Positions 27,525-35,725 of a stretch of DNA of 64,000 nucleotides are shown here, one piece after another. The stretch's first letter is position 1; every line of letters begins with the position of its first letter. The notes under the pieces are model-generated. The model did not search any database. It was not told where the DNA came from and was given only the letters and a program-made list of their open reading frames with translations. Made by a program: the position numbers and the translations under genes. Source of the stretch: Acidimicrobiales bacterium (GTDB lineage: Bacteria > Actinomycetota > Acidimicrobiia > Acidimicrobiales > Aldehydirespiratoraceae); NCBI GenBank assembly GCA_029263175.1, contig JAJCXZ010000106.1:5214-69213 (forward strand), in the 5' to 3' direction.

Positions 27525-27804
27525 TTTCCTTGTGGGCGTCGACCTGTTCGGACGGCAACAGAGATTCCGCGAGGACCCGGGAGGCTTCGTGTGTATCGGG
27601 TTCGGCAAGGCGCATACGCACCTCGAACCCGGCGGCGGAGAGGATCCGGCTGAGGGTGTCCACAGACGGGGAGCGCCGGCCGGACTCGTAGGCGGAGATG
27701 GCCGCCTGGCTGGTAGCGGCGCGTCTGGCGAGTTCCTGTTGGGTGAGCGAGGCGCGGCGACGTGCCATGCGAATCAGGTGACGAGAGTACGTTTCGGACG
27801 CCAT
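27484..27804 (-). CDS. XRE-family helix-turn-helix transcriptional regulator/antitoxin
   Basis: IRMARRRASLTQQELARRAATSQAAISAYESGRRSPSVDTLSRIL is a classic HTH_3 pattern. Its 3' end overlaps the NTase gene by about 40 nt. Confidence 0.8.
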   Translation of the reverse strand: MASETYSRHLIRMARRRASLTQQELARRAATSQAAISAYESGRRSPSVDTLSRILSAAGFEVRMRLAEPDTHEASRVLAESLLPSEQVDAHKENERRRVAGHSERG

Positions 27805-27813
27805 GGACTCAGT

Positions 27814-27829
27814 ATACCGGTACCGGTAT
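27814..27829. promoter_or_regulatory. Perfect 16-bp palindrome ATACCGGTACCGGTAT, candidate operator of the XRE regulator
   Basis: Read directly from the sequence. It lies 10 nt upstream of the XRE start codon (27804, minus strand), in the divergent intergenic region. Confidence 0.5.
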
Positions 27830-27858
27830 GCCTGGCGCGGCGGCTCGCTTAGAAGGCC

Positions 27859-27940
27859 GACTCGTTCTTACGCAGGGAATCAATCGCTCACCTCGTCCGG
27901 CACAGCACCGAGTGTCATAGCCGCCGTCTACAGTTGACCA
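27859..27940 (+). repeat. Intergenic core repeat, copy d (extends to the start codon of the 27941 gene)
   Basis: gaCTCGTTCTTacgcaGGGAAtcaatc ... gtgtcatagccgccgtctacagttgaccaATG. Confidence 0.7.
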
Positions 27941-28186
27941 ATGGCCGTCACCGACACCCCGCCTCATGTTCAGCGTCGGCTGGCGGCCGTCTTTGCGACC
28001 ATGACCGGGGCCGAACGAGTGACGCTCGCTGCGGAGATGGCCGAGGAAGCGAAACTCATCGCGATCGCTGGGATTCGAGCGCGCAAGCCTGAGCTGACCG
28101 ACTCACAGATCGCGGAAGAGTGGATCCGCCTACTTCATGGCGATCAGGTGGCAGATCGAGTGGCTCGGTGCAGCTCGAGTTCCTAG
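27941..28186 (+). CDS. Small helical protein, putative partner of the downstream nucleotidyltransferase
   Basis: 81-aa ORF whose 3' end overlaps the start of the NTase gene. Confidence 0.45.
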   Translation: MAVTDTPPHVQRRLAAVFATMTGAERVTLAAEMAEEAKLIAIAGIRARKPELTDSQIAEEWIRLLHGDQVADRVARCSSSS

Positions 28187-28719
28187 GCACGATCGTTGCC
28201 TGGCTGGACGAGGCCGAGATCCCTCACATGTTGGCTGGCTCGATGGCCAGCACATACCACGGCGAGCCCAGGATGACTCGCGACATCGACATGGTCATCG
28301 ACCCGACCCCAGAAGCGATGAACCGATTCATCGCCAGCCTTGTTCGCCCTCGGTTCTACGTCGACGACGCGGAGGGCGCCGTTCGCCGCCGCGGCATGTG
28401 CAATGTGATCGACACCGACACCGGCTGGAAGGTCGATCTCATTGTCCGCAAGGACCGTCCTTTCAGCCTGGAGGAGTTCCAACGCCGGGAGCGTGCGCTG
28501 ATCGGTGACATCCCGCTCTTTGTGGCAACCGCTGAGGACACTGTTCTTGCGAAACTCGAGTGGCGGTCACGGTCGGGCTCTGATCGTCAGTTTGATGATG
28601 TGGTTTCGGTGCTCGCCGCCCAAGACGTCGATCTCGACTACCTGCGGCACTGGTCACGTGAGCTCGATGTCGCCGAGTCGCTCGAGCGTGCACTCGAAGC
28701 TGCTGTCGAGCGGAGCTGA
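28168..28719 (+). CDS. Nucleotidyltransferase (pol-beta superfamily) protein
   Basis: HMLAGSMASTYHGEPRMTRDIDMVIDP (G-S...D-x-D motif). The GTG 28168 start is chosen by position and the true start is uncertain. Confidence 0.65.
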   Translation: MQLEFLGTIVAWLDEAEIPHMLAGSMASTYHGEPRMTRDIDMVIDPTPEAMNRFIASLVRPRFYVDDAEGAVRRRGMCNVIDTDTGWKVDLIVRKDRPFSLEEFQRRERALIGDIPLFVATAEDTVLAKLEWRSRSGSDRQFDDVVSVLAAQDVDLDYLRHWSRELDVAESLERALEAAVERS

Positions 28720-28750
28720 ACTGAGGATGGCCCTCAGCGGATAGGGCCGG

Positions 28751-28790
28751 CGCCTTCTCACGTTGAGAAGCCGTCCTCTTGTCATCCGCA
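28751..28790 (+). repeat. Intergenic core repeat, copy g (diverged)
   Basis: cgCCTTCTCacgttGAGAAgccGTCCtcttgtcatccg. Stem CTTCTC/GAGAAG. Confidence 0.55.
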
Positions 28791-28994
28791 CTCGTCGTAC
28801 TCGCGGGTCGCGACGCCCGGGCAGTCGGCCAGAACGTTGGCGGCGAACGCCACCATGCACACGTGCCGGAGTCGTGAACGTCTCGTGGGCCGAGAGTGGC
28901 TCGGCAGGCTTCGCCGCGTCGAGTGCCACGTTCGCCCACGGCACTTCGAGCGGCGCGTCTCATGGCTGGCTGGTAGCGTCATTTTGCTCTCAGT

Positions 28995-31778
28995 TTGGAT
29001 GTTATGAGACCACGCACCCAATTCGCAGCAGGCCGTGGACGCAAACGGTCGGCTCTCGCGGCCACGGTGCTGGTGCTCTCGATGGTGGGCGCGTCGTCAC
29101 CGGCGGCGGCTCAGGACGTCGAGGTCGATCTCGGCATCGTGTTCTCAGCGGACCAGAGCTGTGACACGGGTTCCGACCGGCTGGTCTCCTCCGCAACCCC
29201 ATTCGAGGTGGCTGCCTGCTTCACCGAAAGCGGTTCACCGGTATCGGGTCGGGAGGTCTATCTCGAAGTTACCCATGGTGATGGCGAACTTGAGGTGCTC
29301 GACGCAGTCACCGATGGGTCAGGCGAGGCCCGATTCACGGTTATCCCCACATCGGCCGGCGTCACCACTGCCACAATCTGCGACGCCAACGGTTGCTACC
29401 AGTCCGTAGAACAAGAGTCCGATAGCCCGCCCCCACCACCAGTCATCCCGTACACCGCGGGCGGCGGCGACATCGGGTCGAGCGATGAAATCACTGACAA
29501 CCCACTCGACCTGATCGACGCCTACACGGGCGGCGAGGCGGGATCGGCTGAATCATCCGCTCACGGCGGGGTCGACATCCATCGGTTCAGCTACGCCGGG
29601 GTCGGTGACGACGGCCGATCGACGTTCAAGATCGAGATGGTTGGCGACGGCCGAGATCTCTTCGATCGAGCGGTCTCCCGGTGGGACATCAGCATTCAGG
29701 TCGGCACACCGGACGACACGTCGTACTCGTTGCGGGTGGCCAAGAACGAGGACGGCGGGCTCAATACGGGCAGCTGGGACGGCACCGGCCAGATTGCCGA
29801 CGCCGACGTCCAGCTCGAGTGGTCCGAAGATGGCGGCACGGCGTGTATCTCCGCGGCGGGGATCGATGTCCCCGAGGGTTCCAGCGTCACGGTCTTCGCC
29901 GCCGCCGCGCTCGACGACGAGGGCTCGGGCCTTTACGACGAATTGAGCGGCGAACTCGTCCCGGGCGACGGCCCGCCCGACGACGGCGACGATGACAGCT
30001 CCGGTGGCCTCGGGACCTCCAACGACGATTCGAGCGACTCCGACGACACAGATGGTTCGTCGACCGGCGACGACGGCGAATCCGGCGGCTCAGGTGGTTC
30101 GTCGACCGGCGACGGCGGCGACTCCGGCGGTCTACCGATCCTGCCGATCGTGATCGGCACCGCCGCGGCCGGCGGGGCCGGGCTCTGGCTGCGCTCCAAG
30201 AACAAGGAGGAGGACGAGAAGCCAAAGCCGAAGGTCAGGATTATCTCCAACGGCGGCACCGACTCGGTGAACCAGTATCAGACGTTCCGCGTCGTGGTCG
30301 AGATCCCGCGCGATGGCGATGAGCGGCCCGACGACGAGATCGACATCGAACTCTCGGCGGAATCCTGGGACAACGAAACGCTGACCCTGGCCTGGGACGA
30401 TCGTCAGCACGCGAAAGCGCCCGATGGACCGGCCGTCTACGTGAGCCAACCAATCACGCTCGCCAAGGGCGCCGAGGGCGAGGGCACGGTCACCGTGTTC
30501 GGGCACGAGTGGTCAGTCGGCGGATTCGAAGGCTTGTGGTTTACGAACGGTGAGACCGTCACCATTTCGTTTGGCGGCAGCTCGACGGAATTCATCGCCT
30601 ACGACTCGTGGATCGAACAAGGCATCGGCCGCTGCATGCTGGTCATCGCCCATTGGAAGAACGTCTGGACCAAGGTCCTGGCCGACACCGAAGGCCAGGA
30701 AGGGCCGGAGGCGGAGCTTGCTCGCGCCAACGCCAAGCGAGGGCTCGAATGGGCGGCCAAAGCGGAGAAGTGGAACGAACGAGACGATGCCCTCCAGGGC
30801 ACGAAGCTGGCCTATATCGAGGGATACGCGTCCAACATCGGCGACTTCTACGTCGACCTTCGAGAGGCGTTTACGACCGAACAAGGCATTTCCCACCGAG
30901 GCCAGGAAAACGCCCACAACTACAAGGCCAAGGGCATCTCCGACAACGCCTACCAGGTCGGTTCGGCGCTGTACCAGACCGTGGTCGGCGCAACCATCGC
31001 TGGCTCTGCGTACACGCTTGGCTCGGGCGACACGATCATGGGCCAGGAAGCCACATGGGATCAGCAGGTGCTGGCTGGCGTGGAGTTCGCCGGCTGGCTC
31101 ACCGTGGCCTCGGGCTTCGATGCTCGCGGACTCGGCGACGTGGTCGGCGGATCGGGAGCCAAACGGGCCGCGACCGATTCCCTCGGGGATCTCGCCGACG
31201 AGGTACCCACCGGCCCATCCACGCGGCCGCCCGACACCTTCAGTTCGGGGTGGAACCAGCCCACGGGCAGCGGACCCGGTTACTTCAATCCCGCGGGCAC
31301 GCTCGACACCATCGGGAGTCCAGCGACGGGCCGCCAAGTCGATGCCACCAAGCTGGTGCCGAACACCAGCCGCAAGGACGTCTACATCCACGGCACCCGA
31401 CCCGGTGCCGACACGCCGTTTGTCTCCGACGCGGGCACGCCGATATCCGTCAATCGGGTCGCCACCATTGTTGAGGCCAGTGATTGGAAACCGGGGATCG
31501 CGGTTCGGCTGATCTCGTGCTTCTCCGCGTCATCGGGGGCCGCGGCCGACCTGGCTCGCCGACTCAAGACTCGCGTGCTGGCACCCACCCACGCGGTCTC
31601 CATCAATCCCGATGGCAGCTTCCGGTTCCACGGCAATCGCAAGCCGCCGGATCCAAACGCCCCCAACGCGCCGCGTGGCTATGCTCCGCCGCCACCGGAG
31701 GCGGGCTGGCTCGAATTCGATGAGACCGGCACGCTTGTCGGCAAGATCGATCAACAAGGCAACTGGTCCGCACCATGA
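28995..31778 (+). CDS. Large secreted/single-pass membrane protein with polymorphic-toxin-like layout
   Basis: 927 aa. Signal-like RKRSALAATVLVLSMVGASSPAAAQD. Ig-like N-region. D/G/S-rich low-complexity stretch. TM LPILPIVIGTAAAGGAGLWL followed by RSKNKEEDEKPKPK. C-terminal segment VYIHGTRPG-x37-RLISCFSASSG. Confidence 0.7.
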   Translation: MDVMRPRTQFAAGRGRKRSALAATVLVLSMVGASSPAAAQDVEVDLGIVFSADQSCDTGSDRLVSSATPFEVAACFTESGSPVSGREVYLEVTHGDGELEVLDAVTDGSGEARFTVIPTSAGVTTATICDANGCYQSVEQESDSPPPPPVIPYTAGGGDIGSSDEITDNPLDLIDAYTGGEAGSAESSAHGGVDIHRFSYAGVGDDGRSTFKIEMVGDGRDLFDRAVSRWDISIQVGTPDDTSYSLRVAKNEDGGLNTGSWDGTGQIADADVQLEWSEDGGTACISAAGIDVPEGSSVTVFAAAALDDEGSGLYDELSGELVPGDGPPDDGDDDSSGGLGTSNDDSSDSDDTDGSSTGDDGESGGSGGSSTGDGGDSGGLPILPIVIGTAAAGGAGLWLRSKNKEEDEKPKPKVRIISNGGTDSVNQYQTFRVVVEIPRDGDERPDDEIDIELSAESWDNETLTLAWDDRQHAKAPDGPAVYVSQPITLAKGAEGEGTVTVFGHEWSVGGFEGLWFTNGETVTISFGGSSTEFIAYDSWIEQGIGRCMLVIAHWKNVWTKVLADTEGQEGPEAELARANAKRGLEWAAKAEKWNERDDALQGTKLAYIEGYASNIGDFYVDLREAFTTEQGISHRGQENAHNYKAKGISDNAYQVGSALYQTVVGATIAGSAYTLGSGDTIMGQEATWDQQVLAGVEFAGWLTVASGFDARGLGDVVGGSGAKRAATDSLGDLADEVPTGPSTRPPDTFSSGWNQPTGSGPGYFNPAGTLDTIGSPATGRQVDATKLVPNTSRKDVYIHGTRPGADTPFVSDAGTPISVNRVATIVEASDWKPGIAVRLISCFSASSGAAADLARRLKTRVLAPTHAVSINPDGSFRFHGNRKPPDPNAPNAPRGYAPPPPEAGWLEFDETGTLVGKIDQQGNWSAP

Positions 31779-31785
31779 GGTCACG

Positions 31786-32142
31786 ATGAAGAAATTCGGT
31801 TTCTTCGAAGAGTTCCGCGGCGAGGGTCCTGAGTTGGCGCCGCTCATGAACCCGCCGTACCGCTGGCAATCTGAGGTCTCGGCGTACCTCGAGAGCGGGC
31901 GAGTCGTGTCATGGTCACCCCAGCTCATCGAGGACCCGTTCGCGCTGGGCGAGTCGGTCGGCACCGACGCCATCCAAACCGACGGCGAGTGGGTGTGGCC
32001 GGCCGAGCTCGCCCACATCGTGCGTCGCCACGGGATCATGGTGCCCGATGCGTTCTTGTCGCGAATGAAGAGCAGAAACTGGAAGGCTTCCGCAGTCTCC
32101 GACGCGGTTGCGATGGAAGCGGCCGACACCGCCCTGAGCTAG
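31786..32142 (+). CDS. Small cytoplasmic protein, candidate cognate/immunity partner
   Basis: ATG 31786 lies 8 nt after the upstream stop, with GAGG RBS. MKKFGFFEEF...TDGEWVWPAELAHIVRRHGIMVPDAFL. Confidence 0.55.
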   Translation: MKKFGFFEEFRGEGPELAPLMNPPYRWQSEVSAYLESGRVVSWSPQLIEDPFALGESVGTDAIQTDGEWVWPAELAHIVRRHGIMVPDAFLSRMKSRNWKASAVSDAVAMEAADTALS

Positions 32143-32267
32143 GCGCGTACCGTGCGGACAGCGACGACATTGTCGCCTACCGCACTCCGCCCCAAAGAAC
32201 CTGGCAACGGCGCGAGCCGGAGGGGCAGAGGTTCAGCATGAGCTGATGGCTCTGCTTTCCAGCTGCC

Positions 32268-32300
32268 GTCTCGTTCTTTCGCAGAGAACAGCTCATCCAG
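32268..32300 (+). repeat. Intergenic core repeat, copy e
   Basis: gtCTCGTTCTTtcgcaGAGAAcagctcatccagtc. Stem GTTCT/AGAAC. Confidence 0.65.
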
Positions 32301-32312
32301 TCTCGGGCGGGC

Positions 32313-32711
32313 TCAATCGAAGGCGACCCGCTGCCGTAGCCAGCCGGCGAGCGCAGTCTCGTCGATTTCGCCTGCAGCAACCGCGAGCATGGTCTGCTCG
32401 GCGTCGTCGACGTCTGGGGGATCGGGGTCCCAGTGGCCGTCGTTGAGGTCGATGAACATCACGAGCGCGGCCCAGGCAGCGCGCTTGTTGCCGTCGGGCA
32501 GCGGATGGTTGCGGGCCAGCCGCCAGCAGAGCACGGCAGCCTTGTCGGCGATGTCAGGATAGAAATCCTCGTCGCCGAAGCCGGCCATGGGCGCGTGCAG
32601 CGCGGAGTCAGCAAGGTCGATCCGGCCAGACTTCGCGAGCACCTCGGCGGATACACCGGTGACCTGTTCGGAGAGCCACAGATACTCCGCGAGGTCGATG
32701 TACCGGGTCAC
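32313..32711 (-). CDS. doc: Fic/Doc-family toxin
   Basis: Doc-type Fic motif HPLPDGNKRAAWAA. 132 aa. The 4-nt overlap with the upstream antitoxin is inferred from the ORF coordinates. Confidence 0.88.
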   Translation of the reverse strand: MTRYIDLAEYLWLSEQVTGVSAEVLAKSGRIDLADSALHAPMAGFGDEDFYPDIADKAAVLCWRLARNHPLPDGNKRAAWAALVMFIDLNDGHWDPDPPDVDDAEQTMLAVAAGEIDETALAGWLRQRVAFD

Positions 32712-32917
32712 TTGGCCAGGCGTTCGAGGAGCTCCTTGTCGCGTTCGATGAGTCGCTTGGCCCGCGACGTGAACTCGTCGTCGGCTCGAACTCGTTCGAT
32801 CTCCGCGCTCAGGGAATCGATGATGAGTTGGTTCACGCTCGTGCCCTTCACCCGGGCAACGGCTTCGGCTTCGTCGGCGAGTTCATCGGGGAGTCGGACG
32901 GTGGTCTGCTTGGGCAT
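32708..32917 (-). CDS. Ribbon-helix-helix (CopG/Phd-like) antitoxin
   Basis: MPKQTTVRLPDELADEAEAVARVKGTSVNQLIIDSL is an RHH N-terminal pattern. Confidence 0.8.
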   Translation of the reverse strand: MPKQTTVRLPDELADEAEAVARVKGTSVNQLIIDSLSAEIERVRADDEFTSRAKRLIERDKELLERLAK

Positions 32918-32988
32918 GACATCACGATATCACGACATCGTGAATATGGCGAGCGTGCACCTGCGGCGGCCGGACGCCCAGGGGACTC

Positions 32989-33068
32989 TGGCTCGTTCTT
33001 TGGTTGAGAAGAAGTCCGGTCTTGGTTGTGCCCCCATGTTCTGGCGGTGCGGGGAAGGTTGACCAGCG
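32989..33068 (+). repeat. Intergenic core repeat, copy f (long form)
   Basis: ggCTCGTTCTTtggttGAGAAgaaGTCCggtcttggttgtgcccccatgttctggcggtgcggggaaggttgaccagcg. Confidence 0.75.
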
Positions 33069-33187
33069 CATGCAGGAGGTTTGCGCGGCGCTCGCGGCTG
33101 ACTGTCTCACCCCTTCCGTAGGGTGAATTCACTTCCTCTCATCGCAGCTCGCGCTGCCTTTCGCAACGACGAACGAGAGGAAGTGCC

Positions 33188-33646
33188 ATGTGCATGGTGT
33201 GCGATGGCTTCAGTTTCGAAGAGATCGAGCGGCAGCTCGATCTCAGCATCCAGGTCAACGGATTCTTCATCCAGCAGGTGGGCGACAGCTTCGACGACCC
33301 GACCCTGTGGAGCTACACGATCGGTGTCAACGAGAGCTGGGGACACGCCGACTTCGTTGTCGTCGACATGCCTGCGGATCTCCAACGTCACGTGATCGCG
33401 GCGCTCATCGACGACGTTGTCGACTTCGGCGAGGTTCGGGCTGAGACTCGTCGGCTCCTCGACCTCGAGTTGGTTCCGGTACATCGCTCGCACCTCGCGG
33501 CGGGGATGGTCGGTATGTGGGAGGTTCGCAACGGGCGCGATGCCGAACCGGGCGACTTCTTTCAGATTGTTCCCGGTCTGAAGTGGTACTGCACCGGACA
33601 CGCATCGATCGGCCGGCGACTCGATCGCTCCAACGGTGAGGTTTGA
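33188..33646 (+). CDS. DUF4262 domain protein
   Basis: GFFIQQVGD..LWSYTIGVNESWGHADFVVVDMP fits the DUF4262 pattern. Confidence 0.65.
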   Translation: MCMVCDGFSFEEIERQLDLSIQVNGFFIQQVGDSFDDPTLWSYTIGVNESWGHADFVVVDMPADLQRHVIAALIDDVVDFGEVRAETRRLLDLELVPVHRSHLAAGMVGMWEVRNGRDAEPGDFFQIVPGLKWYCTGHASIGRRLDRSNGEV

Positions 33647-33651
33647 GAGTG

Positions 33652-33680
33652 ATCCGTGTTACACGGAATCCGTGTTACAC
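33652..33680 (+). promoter_or_regulatory. Two direct copies of ATCCGTGTTACAC (16-nt period), candidate VapB operator
   Basis: Read directly: gATCCGTGTTACACggaATCCGTGTTACACtgatcaaATG. Each copy contains GTGT-N-ACAC. The second copy ends 7 nt before the antitoxin start. Confidence 0.5.
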
Positions 33681-33687
33681 TGATCAA

Positions 33688-33918
33688 ATGGCCAATCTGA
33701 CGGTCACCATCGACGACGACCTGCTTCGTCGGGCCCGGAGCCGGGCGATCGGCAATGACACCTCGGTCAACGCCCTGATCCGCGAGTTCCTGGAGACCTA
33801 CGTGGGGTCCGAGCTCGACGACATCCGGTCCGACTTCCTGGATCACGCCGCCGAGCACGCCGGCACGAGTGGTGCGGGCGGGCGATCGTGGACTCGAGAC
33901 GAACTCCATGACCGATAG
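33688..33918 (+). CDS. vapB: RHH-type antitoxin (VapB-like)
   Basis: MANLTVTIDDDLLRRARSRAIGNDTSVNALIREFL. Overlaps the vapC start by 11 nt. Confidence 0.8.
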   Translation: MANLTVTIDDDLLRRARSRAIGNDTSVNALIREFLETYVGSELDDIRSDFLDHAAEHAGTSGAGGRSWTRDELHDR

Positions 33919-34321
33919 GGCCTTCATCGACACCAACATCGTCGTCTACGCCTACGACGGCCGCGATCCCGTCAAGCAGGAGCAGGCGCGAGCGGTGATC
34001 GCCGACACCAAGCGCCGGCCGGTGGTCAGTACCCAGGTGCTCGGCGAGTTCTACGTCACGATCACCCGCAAGCTCGAGACCCCCGTTGCGATGCCCGTCG
34101 CTCGCGAAGCGGTCGAGCGACTGTCGAGATTCCCGGTCATCCCCCTCGACCGCGACCTCGCGCTCGCCGCGATCGACACCACGCAATCCCACCAGCTCAG
34201 CTACTGGGACGCCCTCATCGTCGAAGCTGCGCGGGTGGGAGGGTGCCGCACCCTTCTCACCGAAGACTTCACTGCCGGTTCCGAGATCCGAGGCGTCGAC
34301 ATCGTGAACCCCTTCGTCTGA
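33908..34321 (+). CDS. vapC: PIN-domain toxin (VapC family)
   Basis: MTDRAFIDTNIVVYAYD.., VLGEFYV, LSYWDALIVEAA, LLTEDF. Confidence 0.88.
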   Translation: MTDRAFIDTNIVVYAYDGRDPVKQEQARAVIADTKRRPVVSTQVLGEFYVTITRKLETPVAMPVAREAVERLSRFPVIPLDRDLALAAIDTTQSHQLSYWDALIVEAARVGGCRTLLTEDFTAGSEIRGVDIVNPFV

Positions 34322-34451
34322 TCGAGGTCCCCTCGAATTGCTGCGCCACTGGATCGTTCACCAGTTGACCCGACGGCTGACCTCGGCGGTGGCTCTTCCG
34401 GCACCCGTGTAGCCGTTCTTCTACCATGGTGGCAGCGATCGGAGGATCGAC

Positions 34452-34859
34452 ATGTCCATGTACGAGGCACTCGGCGGCGAGTCGGTCGTCGGCGAGGCGG
34501 TCGCAGTCTTCTACGCAAAGCTCCAGGCCGATCCCGTGATCGCAGGCTTCTTCGAGCAGCGCAACCTTGACAGGCTCGAGATGCATCAGCGGATGTTCCT
34601 GACGGCAGCGCTCGGAGGACCCGACGCCTACGAGGGGCGTGACATGCGGGCCGCCCACGCCCACCTCCCGATCACCGACACCGACTTCGACCGATTTATC
34701 GGGCACCTCGACGAGATCCTCACGGACCTCGGGGTTGAGCCCGAGCGGGCAGCCGAGGTACTCGCGGCGCTGGATCCGCTGCGGCACGAGATCGTCAGCG
34801 CCGCGAGCGAGGGCGGCGGTGAGTTCGGAGGGCAGGACCCGGCCGGCGGCAGCGGCTGA
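34452..34859 (+). CDS. glbN: Group I truncated haemoglobin
   Basis: MYEALGGESVVGEAVAVFYAKLQADPVIAGFF..HQRMFLTAALGGPDAYEGRDMRAAHAHLPITDTDFD. Confidence 0.85.
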   Translation: MSMYEALGGESVVGEAVAVFYAKLQADPVIAGFFEQRNLDRLEMHQRMFLTAALGGPDAYEGRDMRAAHAHLPITDTDFDRFIGHLDEILTDLGVEPERAAEVLAALDPLRHEIVSAASEGGGEFGGQDPAGGSG

Positions 34860-34894
34860 AGGAGCCAACCCGATCGGCGTGCTACACAGGCACG

Positions 34895-35692
34895 ATGCGT
34901 GTCTTTCTCAGCGTCGACATTGAAGGTGTGGCCGGTATCAGCCATTGGGATGAGGCCAACCACTCCCATCCTGACTATGCCCGCTTTCAGCAACAGATGA
35001 TCGCCGAAGCGGCCGCTGCCTGCCAGGGCGCGCTCGATGCCGGCGCGACGGCCATCACCGTCAAGGACGCCCACGGGACCGGCCGAAATCTCATCGCCGC
35101 CTCATTGCCTCGCCCCGCGGAGTTGATCTCGGGCTGGAGCGGTCACCCATTTTCAATGGTTCAAGGTCTTGACGAGAGCTACGACGCAGCTGCGTTCATC
35201 GGGTATCACGCGAAAGCCGGCGATGGCGGCAACCCGTTGTCACACACGTTGTCGGGCCGGGTCCACACCATGTCGATCAATGGACGGCTCGTGAGCGAGT
35301 TTCATCTGCATGCCTTTGCTGCGGCGCTGGTTGGTGTGCCGGTGGTGTTCGTGTCGGGTGACCAGACCTTGTGCGATGACATCGCTTCGTCGCATCCGGC
35401 GACCGCCACCTTCGCCACGAAGAGGGGAGAGGGTCCGTCTCAGCATTCGGTTCACCCCGACCTGGCCATCGAGTCCGTCCGATCGGGCATGCAGGCGGCG
35501 CTCGAACGAGACAACGCTCCCGCGGTCATCGATCTCCCCGACCGGTTCGAGTTCGAACTGCAGTACAAGCACCATCCCGTGGCCTACGAGAAGTCGTTTT
35601 ACCCCGGGGTCGCCCTCGTTGATGCTCACACGGTGCGGCTGGAGACGAGCGACTATTTCGAGATTCTCCGGGCCATCCAGTTCCTGCTCTAG
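34895..35692 (+). CDS. M55-family D-aminopeptidase (DppA-like)
   Basis: MRVFLSVDIEGVAGISHW.., ITVKDAHGTGRN, GYHAKAG. Confidence 0.8.
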   Translation: MRVFLSVDIEGVAGISHWDEANHSHPDYARFQQQMIAEAAAACQGALDAGATAITVKDAHGTGRNLIAASLPRPAELISGWSGHPFSMVQGLDESYDAAAFIGYHAKAGDGGNPLSHTLSGRVHTMSINGRLVSEFHLHAFAAALVGVPVVFVSGDQTLCDDIASSHPATATFATKRGEGPSQHSVHPDLAIESVRSGMQAALERDNAPAVIDLPDRFEFELQYKHHPVAYEKSFYPGVALVDAHTVRLETSDYFEILRAIQFLL

Positions 35693-35725
35693 GAGGTCGC
35701 GAGACGACCTCCGCGATGCGTCGAA

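Noticed and set aside
25489-33068. Interpretation of the repeat-delimited modules as a classical integron cassette array.
   Set aside because: There is no IntI-like tyrosine recombinase in the window. The repeats lack the RYYYAAC/GTTRRRY R''/R' pair and the long imperfect palindrome of attC sites. Cassette-like organisation is kept as an observation only.
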